Notes: generated from the letters alone by a model not told the origin. Positions 1 through 15,186 are shown, numbered from the stretch's first letter. The stretch is 64,000 nt of DNA from Octopus sinensis (GCF_006345805.1 NC_043011.1:35290464-35354463), one strand, 5' to 3'. Program-made: numbers and translations.

Positions 1-882
1 CAGTGACTGCGCCAAAACACTAACATATAATTAAGGGACGCTTAACACGTATCTCTTCGTTATACATTATAATTTTTCAGTCTGAAACTGCGCTTGCGTG
101 GTGAATTTGAAGAATTATAATGTATAACGAGGAGACATTATAATGTCAGTTCTTTCATTCATGCCTTCAGGATCAGTAAGAATCGATGCTATCGACTAAG
201 TTACTCTCTGCACAACCGCTCGCTTTGTGTCTAAATTATTAATGTACTTCAATATGCTCGAGAGCATTTCTGCGTTGGACTATCACCATCTCAAAGTCCT
301 CAATCAAGAAGATAACTACTCCTAATCAGCGGCCTTTTCGGTTATGATAAGTTAGTAGAGGAGTGATCAATTTTACTCCATCATCCAAATGTATTTTTAT
401 AATCATATGGTTGGTCCAGTTAGCGTCGACATCTCTTAATTAGCAATTCCACTTTGTCTTCATAGAATTCCATTAGAAAAGCATCTACGTTTCACGCAAC
501 CATTAAATCCAAGTATCGCGGTATTTGTGTATGGACGATTGTATGACGCACCAACTTGGCCTACCTCTTTAACCAATACTCAGTTTTGAAAACAAAGCGC
601 GCGTGGTTCTGTAACTCTGACATTGACAGATAGTAGAGACACAGTCTCACAAATTGGCCCTTTGCGGGCACACTTAAAACCTCTCCGCTTTTCGAGAGGC
701 AGAGCTATATACTTTTTCTTTTTGCCTTTTGTTCGATAAAATCGTCAAGCAAGAAAACTCATTTATTGTGGTTTACATCTACTATTTCCTGTATGTTTTC
801 AGAGAGCTAAACCATGTGTAATGCCGCTTTTTGGCTCCAAACATTAGAAAAGATATTTATGACACTTTGTAAAATTTACGAA

Positions 883-1300
883 GCAGGAGTGGCTGTATGG
901 TAAGTAGCTTGCTTACCAACCACATTGATCCGGGTTCATTCCCCCTGCGTGACACCTTGGGCAAGTGTCTTCTACTATAGCCTCGAGCCGACCAAAGCCT
1001 TGTGAATGGATTTGGTAGACGGAAACTGAAAGAAGCCCGTCGTATATATGTATATATAAATATATATATATGTATGTACATGTGTGTATATGTTTGTATG
1101 TCTGTGCTTGTCCCCACAACATCGCTTGACAACCGATGGTGGTGTGCTTACGTTCCCGTAACTTAGTGGTTCGGCAAAATAGACCGATAGAATAAGTACT
1201 AGGCTTCCAAGAATAAGTCCTGGGGTCGATTTGCTCGACTAAAAGGCGGTGCTCCAGCATGGCCGCAGTTCAAATGACTGAAACAAGTAAAAGAGAAAAA
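883..1300 (+). mobile_element. tRNA-headed SINE family A (CORE-like), full length
   Basis: Head gcaggagtggctgt.tggtaag...gggttca, internal (TA/TG)n, tail ...gactgaaacaagtaaaagag. More than 15 copies in the window. Confidence 0.85.
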
Positions 1301-1880
1301 AAAAAGAGATAGCACATTGTTGTGAAAATTATTTTGGTTATTACATTGCAGATTTCTACACTTATGTTTTTTTTTTCTGTAAATTTTACGAAGTGTCAAT
1401 GTGTATGCTTGTGTTTGTAAATCGCATCTGTTTGTTTAAATTGTTACCATTCTCTTTTTTATTTGTCTAGAATTTATTTTCATTCTGTATTTTTTCATTT
1501 TCACAATCTTTAACTATTTTCCCTCGTTTTCCCGATATTTCCTCTTGCCTCTACTCCAGACGAGGAAGAAGCCATCTTTAAAGATTTGGAAATGAACGAT
1601 TTTTCTTTTCCTTTTTTTTTTGTTTTTATTTTAAAAAGTTAAATAAATGCTTAAAAGACAAATATTTTGTCAAGATTTCCAGAAATCTCTTGTTTGCAAA
1701 TAGTCCAATTTTTTTTTTCTTTTTTCATTAAATGAAATATGGCAGAACCCAGTATTGCTGAAAGCGAAGCGAAGCACGACCGATGTCAACAAAAGCAAAA
1801 TTTAAAAAATAACAACTGTTATTAAGGAGAAAGATGGTCAGTTACATCGACCCCAGTGCGTGACTGGTATTTATCTCATC

Positions 1881-1989
1881 TAGCTACGGCGGTACATATT
1901 CTAAAATTGGAACGATACGGAGAAGATTAGCATGGTCCCTGCGCAAGGATGACATGCAAATTCGTGAAGCGTTCCATAAAAAAAAAAAA
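1881..1989 (+). pseudogene. U6 snRNA retropseudogene with poly(A)
   Basis: Near full-length match to U6 (ctaaaattggaacgatac.gagaagattagcatgg.ccctgcgcaaggatgaca.gcaaattcgtgaagcgttccat). The ACAGAGA box is mutated to ACGGAGA and an A-run replaces the terminal U-run. Confidence 0.95.
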
Positions 1990-1993
1990 TTAT

Positions 1994-2224
1994 GGCGGCG
2001 AGCTGGCAGAAACGTTAGCACGCCGGGCGAAATGCGTGGCCGTATTTCGTCTGCCGTCACGTTCTGAGTTCAAATTCCGCCGAGGTCCACTTTGCCTTTC
2101 ATCCTTTCGGGGTCGATAAATTAAGTACCAGTTACACACTGGGGTCGAAGTAATCGACTTAATCCGTTTGTCTGTCCTTGTTTGTCCTCTCTGTGTTTAG
2201 CCCCTTGTGGGTAGTAAAGAAACA
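1994..2224 (+). mobile_element. SINE family B (ggcggcgagctggcagaa head; Nin/Deu-like domain)
   Basis: A/B-box-like head with gagttcaaattcc and body gcctttcatcctttcggggtcgataaattaagtaccag. Many copies in the window. Confidence 0.85.
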
Positions 2225-2439
2225 GGTATTTATCTCATCAACCCCGAAAGGATGAAATGCAAAGTTGACCCCGGCGGAATTTGTACTCAGAAGGTTATCG
2301 CGAAAACCAAAAGAAACTCCACTCCGTACTCAAATTGATATGAAAATACAGGAAACTACTGAGAACTGCAGACGTACATCTAAGGGATAAAGTTGACCTA
2401 ATTCCATCTAAAGCAGAAAAATTTCACAGAGGTATGGCA

Positions 2440-3540
2440 AAGTCAGATGGTCTAAAAACATTTAGAGAAAAATTACAAAAAATCTCTGGAGGACCAATTC
2501 CCACTTCGCACTTAGGACACTGATTGAGACCAAACCCAAAACCATCAGTGGCTGTGAAGTTCTAGATTAAAGGCTGAAACAGAAGGTTTTATTTGCGCTG
2601 CCGAGGATCAGAGCCTCTATAGAAGAAATTATCAGACAAATATTCTTAGAAACGGAGCAGATACCAAATGCGAGATACACAACGCACAATTTGAAACTAC
2701 TGATCATATAATATCATGATGCCCCACACTAACAGCAACTGAATATAAGACCAGACACGATAGCGTGGTGAAATATATCCCCTGGATAATATGCAAACAC
2801 TATAATGTAGAACTTAGAGAAAACTTGTATGAACACAAACCACAACTAGTAACTGAAACTGAAGGGGTAACAATCCTTTGGGACTTTAGCGTCCACACAG
2901 ATCGTATTATCAATGCAAACCGCCCTGGAATTATTATTAAAGATTTTAAAAAGCTAGACCTGCTTTCTCGTTGACATGATTATACTGATGATGGAAATGT
3001 GTCCGCAAAAGGGACGAAATACTTGCAAAATACAAGAATCTTGAAACTGAGATAAACAAATGTGGCATCTTAAAAGCCCAACTATTCCGATAGTGATAGG
3101 AGCAGTAGCTGTCATAAAAACAAGTTTTTCAATACTGTGATAGTGGGGTTGAAAATATGTCATGCAGAGTGAAGAAAGAACACCATCGGTGGCTAGAGAC
3201 TAGAGATATCTTAAAAGTTACTGAAGAAAAGGAAGAACAACTGAGGAAGCAGATGGAAAGAAATGGAGTAAGAAGGCCAATCAATGCAAAAAAAAAAAAA
3301 AGAAACGAGAATGCTGGAAGAACGCTCGCTGCGGCTGTAAGTGGCAACTCGAAACAAAAGACCGAAGCCCTAATTACAACTTTCCGGAAACAAACCATTA
3401 TGACGAATTTGATAAAAACAAAGATCGACAAAACTCAGTCAGACAGCAAACGTAGAATCTGCAGAAAACGGGACGAAATCATCAATTATCTCTTGAGTAA
3501 GTGCAGTAAGATGGCACAAAAATGTATGTGTAGACATGAA
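2440..3540 (+). mobile_element. Decayed R4/Dong-like non-LTR retrotransposon fragments (CCHC knuckle plus REL endonuclease)
   Basis: Translates to LKAETEGFICAAEDQSL...C..H....ETTDHII..CP...YKTRHD...ILWDFSVHTDR...NRPGIII. A second fragment gives KTEALI...KRRICRKRDEIINYLLSKC. Stops and frameshifts present. Confidence 0.8.
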
Positions 3541-3689
3541 TTTTAATCCTTTTACCCTTTTACTTGTTTCAGTCAATTGACTGCGGCCATGCTGAGCACC
3601 ACCTTCAGTCGAACAAATAGACCCCAGGACTTATTCTTTGTAAGCCTAGTACTTATTCTATCGTTCTCTTTTTGCCGAAACGCTAAGTG

Positions 3690-3990
3690 ACTGTCAGCCT
3701 TTCTCTGCAATTCCAGCTTCTCTGTGAGGATATCGCACGAGTGGCTTTTACAGCTATGCGTATAACAGCTGGTCTTTTCTTAGCCACAAGTTTATCGTCT
3801 TACTCTCGTCTTCGTCTAGAATGGAAAACAGTTCCAGGATAGTTCTTTGAGCTTCGGAGGACATCATCAAATAACGTACGTACATTAAGAAAACCATCTG
3901 ACCACTTGCCATTCTGTTTCCATCGACTGAATTGCAAAGGAAGCGAAGTGCCGAAATCAAATTCACCAGCAAACTCTCTTGTAGTGACCT
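3690..3990 (-). mobile_element. Decayed RTE-clade LINE 5' (APE N-terminus) fragment
   Basis: Minus strand encodes LNVRTL followed by decayed RR..LVA..L.RY.IA-like sequence, resembling the RTE APE start. Confidence 0.45.
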
Positions 3991-4947
3991 CCGTTTTACA
4001 TCATCCCATATATTGCGTCACCAGGTTGTGGCTAGTTGTGTGGAACAGAAGACCGGCCTGAATTCTTGCCTTTAGTTTTAAAGACCATGTACACACTCTC
4101 AAATTCACCACCTTATTCATTTAAGAGTATACGCTGACCTTTACGCTGCCAGATTAAGTGAACCTGCTCCTTTCCAGTCCCCGAATAATTTCTCAGGCAA
4201 GGAGGCACACGCTTTTGTAACATACGTCTACTACACTGCTTTATTTCACTGGATACGATCTGTGTTTACACCTGCCTGTTTTGTAATACAAACAATGAAT
4301 ATATTTTATTAATATCTTGTAAATATTCGTCGTTGCTCTTGCTGTTAGTACTTTTCATGTCGGTCATATTTGTATTTTCAAGTGCCAAATAGTGATTATA
4401 TTTGTGAGTCTGTTTCATAATAATTTCGTAAGTTTATATAGTTACAAAAAAATTTCATTTATCCTTTTATTTTTTTTAAATTAGTTTCTGTGGAATTAGA
4501 AACTTATCTTATGTTTTTTCAGGAATTTATAAAGTACTTCATTATTTGCTTTTAGCTCCTCTTTCTCCTTCACCAGTAGAAAAAGTCTTATTAAAAAATG
4601 TAAAGAACAATTTTCCAGAGAAATTTAATGTCTCAAACACAGATCTATTGTTTACCCTAAGAACCAGAATAGACGTGCAAACATCTGTTTGTAAAATAAT
4701 CGAATTTAAAAAAAAATTATTTCCAGCGGTAGGCAAATACATCTGTTTACAATGAAACGAGAACAATAACAACAATGATACTACTACTACTACTACTACT
4801 TACTACTACTACTACTACTATACTACTACTACTACTACTACTCTATTAATAATAATAATGATAATGATAATTCTTATCGTTATTCTTATCACTATTATTA
4901 TAAGTTATTATTATTATCATTATTGTTATTGTTATTATTATTATTAT

Positions 4948-6068
<1,121 letters not shown>

Positions 6069-6205
6069 CTGAAATAGTGGAAACTACGTCCGACTGTGCG
6101 GAATTTGAGTGGCTAGCACTGAATGGTGGTTTTGCCTACAAATATTATTGTAGCATGCCACAGTTGTTCGCTTCTCCTTTAGTATCTCAAATTCGTCAGA
6201 CTTAC

Positions 6206-6325
6206 CCTTGTCGTAAAATTTACAGGCTCATGTAGCATTTCCGTTTCCAACTTCGGCTTCAACTCCAATGATACTTGAAGATGATGTGTGCTTAGCCTGA
6301 GGGCGGAAGATCCGTCCTCAAACAT
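6206..6325 (-). CDS. Candidate first coding exon of an unidentified second gene
   Basis: ATG at 6325, 40 open codons (MFEDGSSALRLSTHHLQVSLELKPKLETEMLHEPVNFTTR), then a consensus donor AGG|gtaagt. Non-repetitive sequence. No homology recognised. Confidence 0.35.
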
Positions 6326-6343
6326 TGCAGCAACAGAATTTCT

Positions 6344-6357
6344 TTTGTCATGGCAAC
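6344..6357 (-). promoter_or_regulatory. RFX X-box-like motif
   Basis: GTTGCCATGACAAA on the minus strand against the X-box consensus GTTNCCATGGNAAC, about 20 nt upstream of the candidate ATG. Confidence 0.4.
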
Positions 6358-6452
6358 AACGCTTTTCCTTGCCAAAGAAATTTGATGGATCACTTTGCTT
6401 GTCTGCCAGTCTGTTTGCCTGCCTGTCTGTCTGTCTGCCCACCTTCTCAATC

Positions 6453-6488
<36 letters not shown>

Positions 6489-6733
6489 TTCGCTACGTTG
6501 CACTATGAGAAAGTTTGAGAGATGTGGTCTGTAACCGCTTCTCATAGAAATAGTTGATACGTAAGCTGCTAGAACGGTGCAATCAAGAATCGACAAGCAG
6601 TACAGTAAGAAACGATGATAAAACAACGTGTGTGTATATTTGTGAGTAAGAGAGAAAGAGAGAGAGAGCGAAAGAGCGTGTGTGTGTGTGTGCGAGTTCG
6701 TATACACACACACACACACACACACATACACAC

Positions 6734-6766
<33 letters not shown>

Positions 6767-6875
6767 CACTTGTGTGTATATGCATATTTTGTTTATATAT
6801 TTATATATATATATATAGAGAGAGAGAGGGAGACACAGAGACAGACAGATAAACAGTCAGTTAGGGGAATACATC

Positions 6876-6998
6876 GATAGTTATATAGATAGATATATAG
6901 ATAGATGCATATGTACGTACACAGACAGACAGAGAGGCAGACAAACGGGACGGACAAGCAGACAGACAGACAGATAGATAGATAAACAGACAGACAGA

Positions 6999-7069
<71 letters not shown>

Positions 7070-7073
7070 TAGA

Positions 7074-7107
<34 letters not shown>

Positions 7108-7110
7108 AAC

Positions 7111-7163
<53 letters not shown>

Positions 7164-7172
7164 TATATATAT

Positions 7173-7243
<71 letters not shown>

Positions 7244-7255
7244 GATAGATCGATC

Positions 7256-7311
<56 letters not shown>

Positions 7312-7312
7312 T
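6876..7312. repeat. (GATA)n/(GACA)n microsatellite
   Basis: Direct reading. Confidence 0.95.
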
Positions 7313-7697
7313 AAATTCTGAATTCACGAATATGAAGTTATAACCTGATATATATACATTGCTGGAAATGTATCATCATCATCATCATCATCATAATTTT
7401 GATCATAATTTTCTTTTTTATTATTATTAACATCACCACCTTCGTCATCATCACTAGTATCGTTATTGAATTGGAATAGACAAAATTATTTTCTGAAAAA
7501 ATATATTAACAACAACAACAAAAATAAACATGTAGTATTATTTTTGGAGATGATCCAGAGAGATATGCGTGCGTATTGGCATCATCGAAGTCAGATAAAA
7601 TGCACTGCAGTGTGTCCAAGGATAGAGAGCGGGGCCCAACATTGGCAGAGGAGAGATTTTAAAGATTTTGGCAGGAAAACCGTTCTAAAAACATATA

Positions 7698-7758
<61 letters not shown>

Positions 7759-7779
7759 ATCATTATCATCATTATTATT

Positions 7780-7814
<35 letters not shown>

Positions 7815-7826
7815 TATTATTATATT

Positions 7827-7861
<35 letters not shown>

Positions 7862-7872
7862 GATCATGATCA

Positions 7873-7909
<37 letters not shown>

Positions 7910-8469
7910 CATTATTATTATTATTGATAGCGAGGCAAATCTGTGTGTTTGCGATGTAAATGTGTGTAGTTATTTTCATGTGTATGTGTACGTGTGTATA
8001 TATTTATGTATGTGGGTACGTTTGAACGACTACTAGTTGGATTACTGACGTGTATTGACGATTCATAGAGTAGGTTGGATGGATAAGTTCCAATCGGGGT
8101 GCGAGATGCGATTTTCGAGGTATAAAAAAAAAAAAAATAATCAACGGAGGAAGTGATTAGAGATTATTTTCTTTTAAGACGAAAAAAGGAAATAAGCCGT
8201 CAGACGAAAACACATACACACCTATACATTTAGACATAAAACAAAAAACAAAAAAAACACAAATATACACGTAAGCACAAATACATACGTGTGTGTGTGT
8301 GTGGGGGGGAGTTCTTTTTTTCTCATATATCAGCGTCCTGGTTTTCAAATAATGTCTATCGGTATGCACTGAGCCTGAAGCTTGTTTGCGGATACATGGC
8401 ATATTATATATTATTAAAGCTGTTTTTAATTCCAGTACATACATACATACATATATGTGTTCATGTGTT

Positions 8470-8502
<33 letters not shown>

Positions 8503-8523
8503 TGTGTGTTGCGCACATATATA

Positions 8524-8720
8524 CAGGGTTGGCCAAAAGTCACCTGATAGTAAATCAAAACCATTTAATTCCAAGATTTATTTGTGTTTAACAACTGAAT
8601 GAAATTTAATAAAAACATCTAAATATGAAATATCATGAAAATTGTTGAGGGCGACACCATTTTACCAAATGAATAAATAAAATTTAATATCAAGTATTTT
8701 TGGCCTTTGGGCAACCCTTG
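8524..8720. mobile_element. Tc1/mariner-type MITE, degenerate
   Basis: TA|cagggttggccaaaagtca...tggcctttgggcaaccct imperfect TIRs. Confidence 0.55.
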
Positions 8721-8869
8721 GAGCAAATATCAGAATTAATCAGCCGAAATTTGCTATGATGATCCGGTTCCTGACTGAAGATTAAAGGCTTCGAATGACC
8801 CGTCTGTTTTCTGTGTTCGTCCCTTTGTGTATTTCACGTTCTTGTTTCTTTATATATAATTTTTATACC

Positions 8870-8931
<62 letters not shown>

Positions 8932-9196
8932 TGTGTGTGTGTGCGTATGTACTTGTGTGTATTTGTGTGTATGTATGCGTGTGTGTGTGTGAGTTTTTGT
9001 GTATCTGTGTTTGTGTCCCCACCATCGCTTGACAAACGCTGTCGATGTGTTTAAGTCCCCGTAAAAGAGGCCGATAGAATAAGTAGTACTAGGCTTACAA
9101 CGAATAAGTCCTGGGGTCGATTTGTTCGACTAAAGGCGGCACTCCAGCTTGGCTGCAGTCAAATTACTGAGACAAATAAAAGAATACAAGAATATC

Positions 9197-9303
<107 letters not shown>

Positions 9304-9963
9304 CATACATTTTAATTTACGTCGTTACAGTCCATGCACCTGTAAATGGGTAACGTTTTGACGGAACAGGCTTCTCTGATCACGCCAAGACAGCGGAGCG
9401 GCGTCACTTGAAAGCTAAATAACGGCGAAGCGCATTGTGACAACCGATGTATAACACACGATAGTCTGGTTGATACCGCGTCACCGTGAGACAAGGCCGT
9501 GTCGAAGTTATACATTGCTACTGTTAAGAACATTGCGCATTTACGAAATTGCAAGATGGACGTGAGCAAATTCGTTCTGAAAGTTCAGGCTCTATTGATT
9601 TCGGTCAACTGGGTGTGTATAAAACGTGTGAGTGATTATGTATACATAAGCGCGCGTATGGAAAAGTATCGACGCGTTTATAGCTATTCATAGTTTTCAG
9701 AAAAGACAAAAATCGTTGCGTGTTCAGAGAAATTGTCAACGGTTATTAACGCATAGCTTACATACATACATACATAAACAAACATAAATATATACAAAAT
9801 ATACATCTATATATATACGTATATACATATGAATATATCTATACATATATATGTATATATATATGTATGTATATATATATGTATGTATATACTCAGTAAA
9901 TAATATATATGCGTGTATAGTATGTATGTATATGTGTATCTATATATATATATAGAGTGTGTG

Positions 9964-10025
<62 letters not shown>

Positions 10026-10678
10026 TGTATGTATGTATGTATGTATGTATGTATATATATATATATATATACTTATATGTACTGTATATACATTACTATT
10101 CATACTCCTAGGTCTGTGTATATCAACACACACACATTCATTTATATTCAAATACGTATATCTACATATACTCACGTATATACATACAGAGACAGATATA
10201 TATGTGTGTGTGTGTATGTGTGTGTGTGTGTGCCTATGTATCTATCTATGTATTATATGCCTATAAATACATACACATCTATATGAGCACATGTACATAT
10301 GTATATATATATATACTTATATAGATCTAAATATTTAAATATATATCTATATACATATATATAATTAAATGTATGGGGATGTGTGTGTGAGAGAGAGAGA
10401 GGGGGAGAGAGAAAGAGACAGACAGAAAGAGACAGACAGACAGAAAGAGAGATATGGATGGTAAAAGAGAAAGTATATATAACATCCATACTCTATATTT
10501 TCTCTTGAAGAAGGGGTCGAAGTTCAAGCCATAATTTAGTTAGTTGTCTTTATAAAGATTTAAAGTGGAACCTCCTGGCACTGCGCTGTTTTAATGGTGG
10601 CTTTCATTTTTTTTATGCCATTTATATATTTTTTTCTACAGAGTTATAAACATACATACATGAGTGTATGTATGTATG

Positions 10679-10713
<35 letters not shown>

Positions 10714-10930
10714 GTATATATGTATATGTATATATATATGTATATATGTAAAGATACATAACATATAATAGATATATATGCATATATATCTATATTCATA
10801 TATAAATATCTAGCAAGCTAGCTATATGTGCGTGTGTGTGTGTGTATATATCTACGCTTAAAAGGTATTGAATTCTTAATTAACGTACAGTCTTCCTAAT
10901 TGTTTGATGAAGTGTACTACACACAAATAT

Positions 10931-10989
<59 letters not shown>

Positions 10990-11126
10990 ATATATATTTA
11001 TATATATATACACATATGTATATATATATGCATATTTAGCGCATATATGCATATACATTCATATACTTCTTACATACGTACACACATATATGTAAAAGAT
11101 GTGTATTGATATATATAGATAGATAG

Positions 11127-11191
<65 letters not shown>

Positions 11192-11272
11192 TCTTTCTAT
11201 TCATCTATTTATTTATCTATTTATCATAAACATACATACATACATACATACATACATACATACATACATACA

Positions 11273-11304
<32 letters not shown>

Positions 11305-11735
11305 CATATATATGTATGTTTGTATATACATATATGCTTAAAATATCGGCATACATATAGGTGTGTTTGTTTTTTGCTAGTTCTCTTTTATTTATTTTTC
11401 TTCTGCACCAAACGAAAATAGAAAATATTTTGAAGAGGAGCGAATGAACATCAATAATAACTTAACAATTATATATATAAAAGAAGAAAGTAATTATTTT
11501 GCGAAAAATCACTTTGACAGCTGTGTCACATTAAAAGTCAAAAGAATAGGCGAACGCTTGTGTCCGAGGAAACTAGTGATGGCTTGCGTCATCAAAAGGC
11601 CAGGTCGCCATTTTGTGAACTTTAACGAAGATAAAGGAAGCCTCCTAATATTGTTCCCACCGAGCAAAGCCGGAAAATAAAACGTAAGTAGTTGAAAGGT
11701 CATCGCTAATGGTACTTATGATGAATTGCTTTCGT

Positions 11736-11795
<60 letters not shown>

Positions 11796-11851
11796 GTGTG
11801 TGTGTGTGTGGTGTGTGTGTTTGTGTGTGTATGTTTGTATATTTATGTATG

Positions 11852-11886
<35 letters not shown>

Positions 11887-11982
11887 ACAAACATGTATAT
11901 ATGTATATGTACATATACATATATATATATATATATATGTATGTCCACATATATGCGTATTTGTATATGTAAAATTATATAT

Positions 11983-12014
<32 letters not shown>

Positions 12015-12363
12015 ATATTATATATATATATATTTATGTATATGCAATAATTTTCACATATATATATATATATAGTTATCTAATGCTAATAATAATAGTA
12101 ATAATAATAATAATAATAATAATATCAGTTTATCGTATGTAAAATTATATATGTATGCGATGTATGTAATTGTAGACTATGTACATAGTAAGGTTTGTGT
12201 GCGTGTATTTATGTGCGTGTGCGTGTGTGTGTGTGTGTGCGTGTGCAAGGGTTTCTAATTTGTGTATCATATTTATTTACACGACTTAAAATACCAACAT
12301 CGTTTAAGTTGCATTGGGCTTGAAGCGGACCCTTTATGTCTTGCAATATATGACACATATATA

Positions 12364-12553
12364 AGGCAGCGAGCTGGCAGAAACGTTAGCACGCCGGGCG
12401 AAAGGCTTAGCAGCATTTCGTCTGTCTTTACGTTCTGAGTTCAAATTCCGCTGAGGTCGTCTTTGCCTTTCATCCTTTCGGGGTCGAGGGTCGATCTAAT
12501 CGACTTGGCCCCCTTCCCCAAAATTTCGGGCCTTGTGTCTAGAGTAGAAAAGA
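12364..12553 (+). mobile_element. SINE family B
   Basis: Same head and body as 1994-2224. Confidence 0.85.
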
Positions 12554-12844
12554 ATATATGACACATATGTGCAGGTGTATACTACCATACAGGGCCTCCA
12601 AAGGTTCACTCGATTTGCTAGACATAGCACTAGAAAATCACTCAGAGCCTTAGACTTAAGCTAACATTGGAATTCGTAGATCTACATAAATTATATCTGA
12701 GGAGGGAGCAGAAAGGAAGGACGGTTCTGGGTGGAATGCTTTGATGTCTAGGATCTCTGGATGTATTTATATATTTGAATATATATACACATATATGTAC
12801 ACGTGCACACATACGTACACACACATATAACTGTGTGTGTGTGT

Positions 12845-13040
12845 GTAGTTGAAATTTACAGAAAAACAAAATACGAAGACAGGTGTATAAACAACAAACA
12901 TGCGTATTAGCTTAACGCTCGGGAAGATAAGAAAGTCTTTTACGTTTCGAGCCTACGCTCTTCAGCAGAAAGGAACACGATGAAATAAGCAGAGAGAAAA
13001 TAAAAACACTTTTGGAGCTAGCGGTCAATCATGGCGGCTA
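12845..13040 (-). mobile_element. Penelope-like pLTR remnant with a degenerate hammerhead core (12935-12972)
   Basis: Minus strand ctttCTGCTGA-A-GAGC gtag GCTC-GAAAC-GTA-aaag, adjacent to (TG)n. Confidence 0.65.
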
Positions 13041-13357
13041 GACGCAGGCATGGCTATGTGGTAAGAAGCTTGCTTCTCAACCATATGGCTCTGGGTTCAG
13101 GCCATTGTGTAGAGTCTTGGGCAAGTGTCTCCTACATCTGTCTGACTGAAGCCTTGTAAATGGATTTGATAGGCAGAAACTGAAAGATGCTAGTTGTATA
13201 CACACTCACACACACATACACACCGATGCATATATATGTGTGTTTGCATACATATTTATATATGTGCGTGTGTGCATACATATTTATATATGTGTGTGTA
13301 TGCATACATATTTATATATGTGTGTGTGCATATATATTTATATATTATGTAAATACT

Positions 13358-13392
<35 letters not shown>

Positions 13393-13456
13393 GTATTTAC
13401 ACACATTCACTTGTATAAATGTAATGTGCATCCATATAAATATATATGTATGTGTG

Positions 13457-13506
<50 letters not shown>

Positions 13507-13964
13507 GATATATACACACACACTGAAACAAACACCTATATATTATATGTATATAATTAAACACCTATTTCTGCCTTGGCAGCAGATATTTATTTTACGG
13601 CTACAGCGGCGGCGGCGGTGGTATTGGTTGTGGTGGTGGGAGGAGGTGGGGGGTGTTGATGGTGGTGGTGAAGACGGTGACGATGGTGGTTGTTGTAGGA
13701 GATAATTCTCACAGCGGTTGTCGACAACCGACTTTTTGAAAATCATCTCGTACCGACACAACCACCACCACCACCACTTCCACTACCACCACATGAAACA
13801 TTTACTGTGTTGTGAACCAAAGTTCAAAACAATTAGCGACATTCATAGCAACATAAACATAGCAAAAGCTTCCAGGAAAAGAAAACCCACACGGACGATA
13901 TGGGTGATAATGAGGACGACACTGATTTACAACAATGTAAATATATTCGTGATAATAACCGTCA

Positions 13965-14473
13965 AACTGGCACTCCGTCGGTTACGAGGACGAGTGTTCC
14001 AGTTGATCCGAACAGGATCAGCCTACTCATATATTTTACGTGATGGGAGCCCAGAGAAAACACGTATTGCCAACAGCAGACCCAAAAGTGCCGTCCCTTT
14101 AATAGTGCCGCCCAGGGTGTACCCCACTACTGCCCTCCACTAGCTACACTAGTGGTTAGCTGATCATTTCACAGACACATGTACCCTTAACGGAGTTTTC
14201 TGGAAGTTTTATGCATGACACTGACAGCGACAAAGTTGGCCCTTTGAAATACAGATACTACTCATTTTGCGAGCTGAGTGGACTGGAACAGCGAGAAATA
14301 AAGTGCCTTACTCAAGGACACAATGCACTACCAGATACTAACTCACGGCCTTGCGACATTCATAGCAACATAAACATAAAAGCTTCCAGGAAAAGAAAAC
14401 CCACACGGACGATATGGGTGATAATGAGGACGACACTGAGACAAACGCCCTAACCACTAAGCCATGCGCCTTC
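13965..14473 (-). mobile_element. SINE family C-related copy, interrupted by insertions
   Basis: Tail gcactccgtcggttacga...ttccagttgatccg and tRNA-like head ccctaaccactaagccatgcgccttc. Confidence 0.7.
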
Positions 14474-15116
14474 GCCAATAACTGCCATAACAAACACAAC
14501 ATCTATAACAAGACCAATGGTGGGAGTGACAATATCGTCAACGGAATCGGTTTAAAGTAGCAGAGGTTATGAGCGATATAAGGACGACGAAAGCAGAAAT
14601 ATACTTTCCCGAAGAGATTATACTCATATATATTTGGGTCTTAATATGATTGCACTGGTGTGGTCGCGTGGTAAGAAGTTTCCTTCCCAAGCAAAAACAT
14701 TCAGGGTTCAGTTCCATTACGTTGCACCTAGCACAAGTGTCTTCCACTATACTACGAGGCCTATTAAAGCCATGTGAGTTAAATTATTAGATGGAAACTG
14801 AAAGAAGCCCGTCGTGTATGAATGTGTGTGCATAGTTAACTGGTTTCGGTCATTAGACTGTGGCCGTGCGGGGGCACCACCTGGAAGAGATGTAATCAAA
14901 TGAATCAACCACAGTATTCATTTTTAATTAAGTCTGCTATTTTCCATCGATGCCTTTTGCCGAATCGCTTAGTAAATGGGATCGTGAATACTCCAACATC
15001 GGTCACCAAACGGTGGTGAAGGAAAATTCAGACACAAAGGCACATACGTATATATAGGAGGGGCTTCTTTCAGTTTCTGTCTAATACACACACACATGCA
15101 TACATACATACATACA

Positions 15117-15186
<70 letters not shown>

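Noticed and set aside
857-1260. Recurrent small ORFs such as DGLLSVSVYQIHSQGFG... seen many times
   Set aside because: Antisense translations of SINE family A, not a gene family.
1881-1978. Functional U6 snRNA gene
   Set aside because: ACAGAGA box mutated, no T-run terminator, poly(A) present, and it lies inside a TSD within a SINE.
7540-7700. Exon-like unique stretch on the + strand
   Set aside because: No recognisable homology or paired splice signals; bounded by triplet repeats like other LINE debris.
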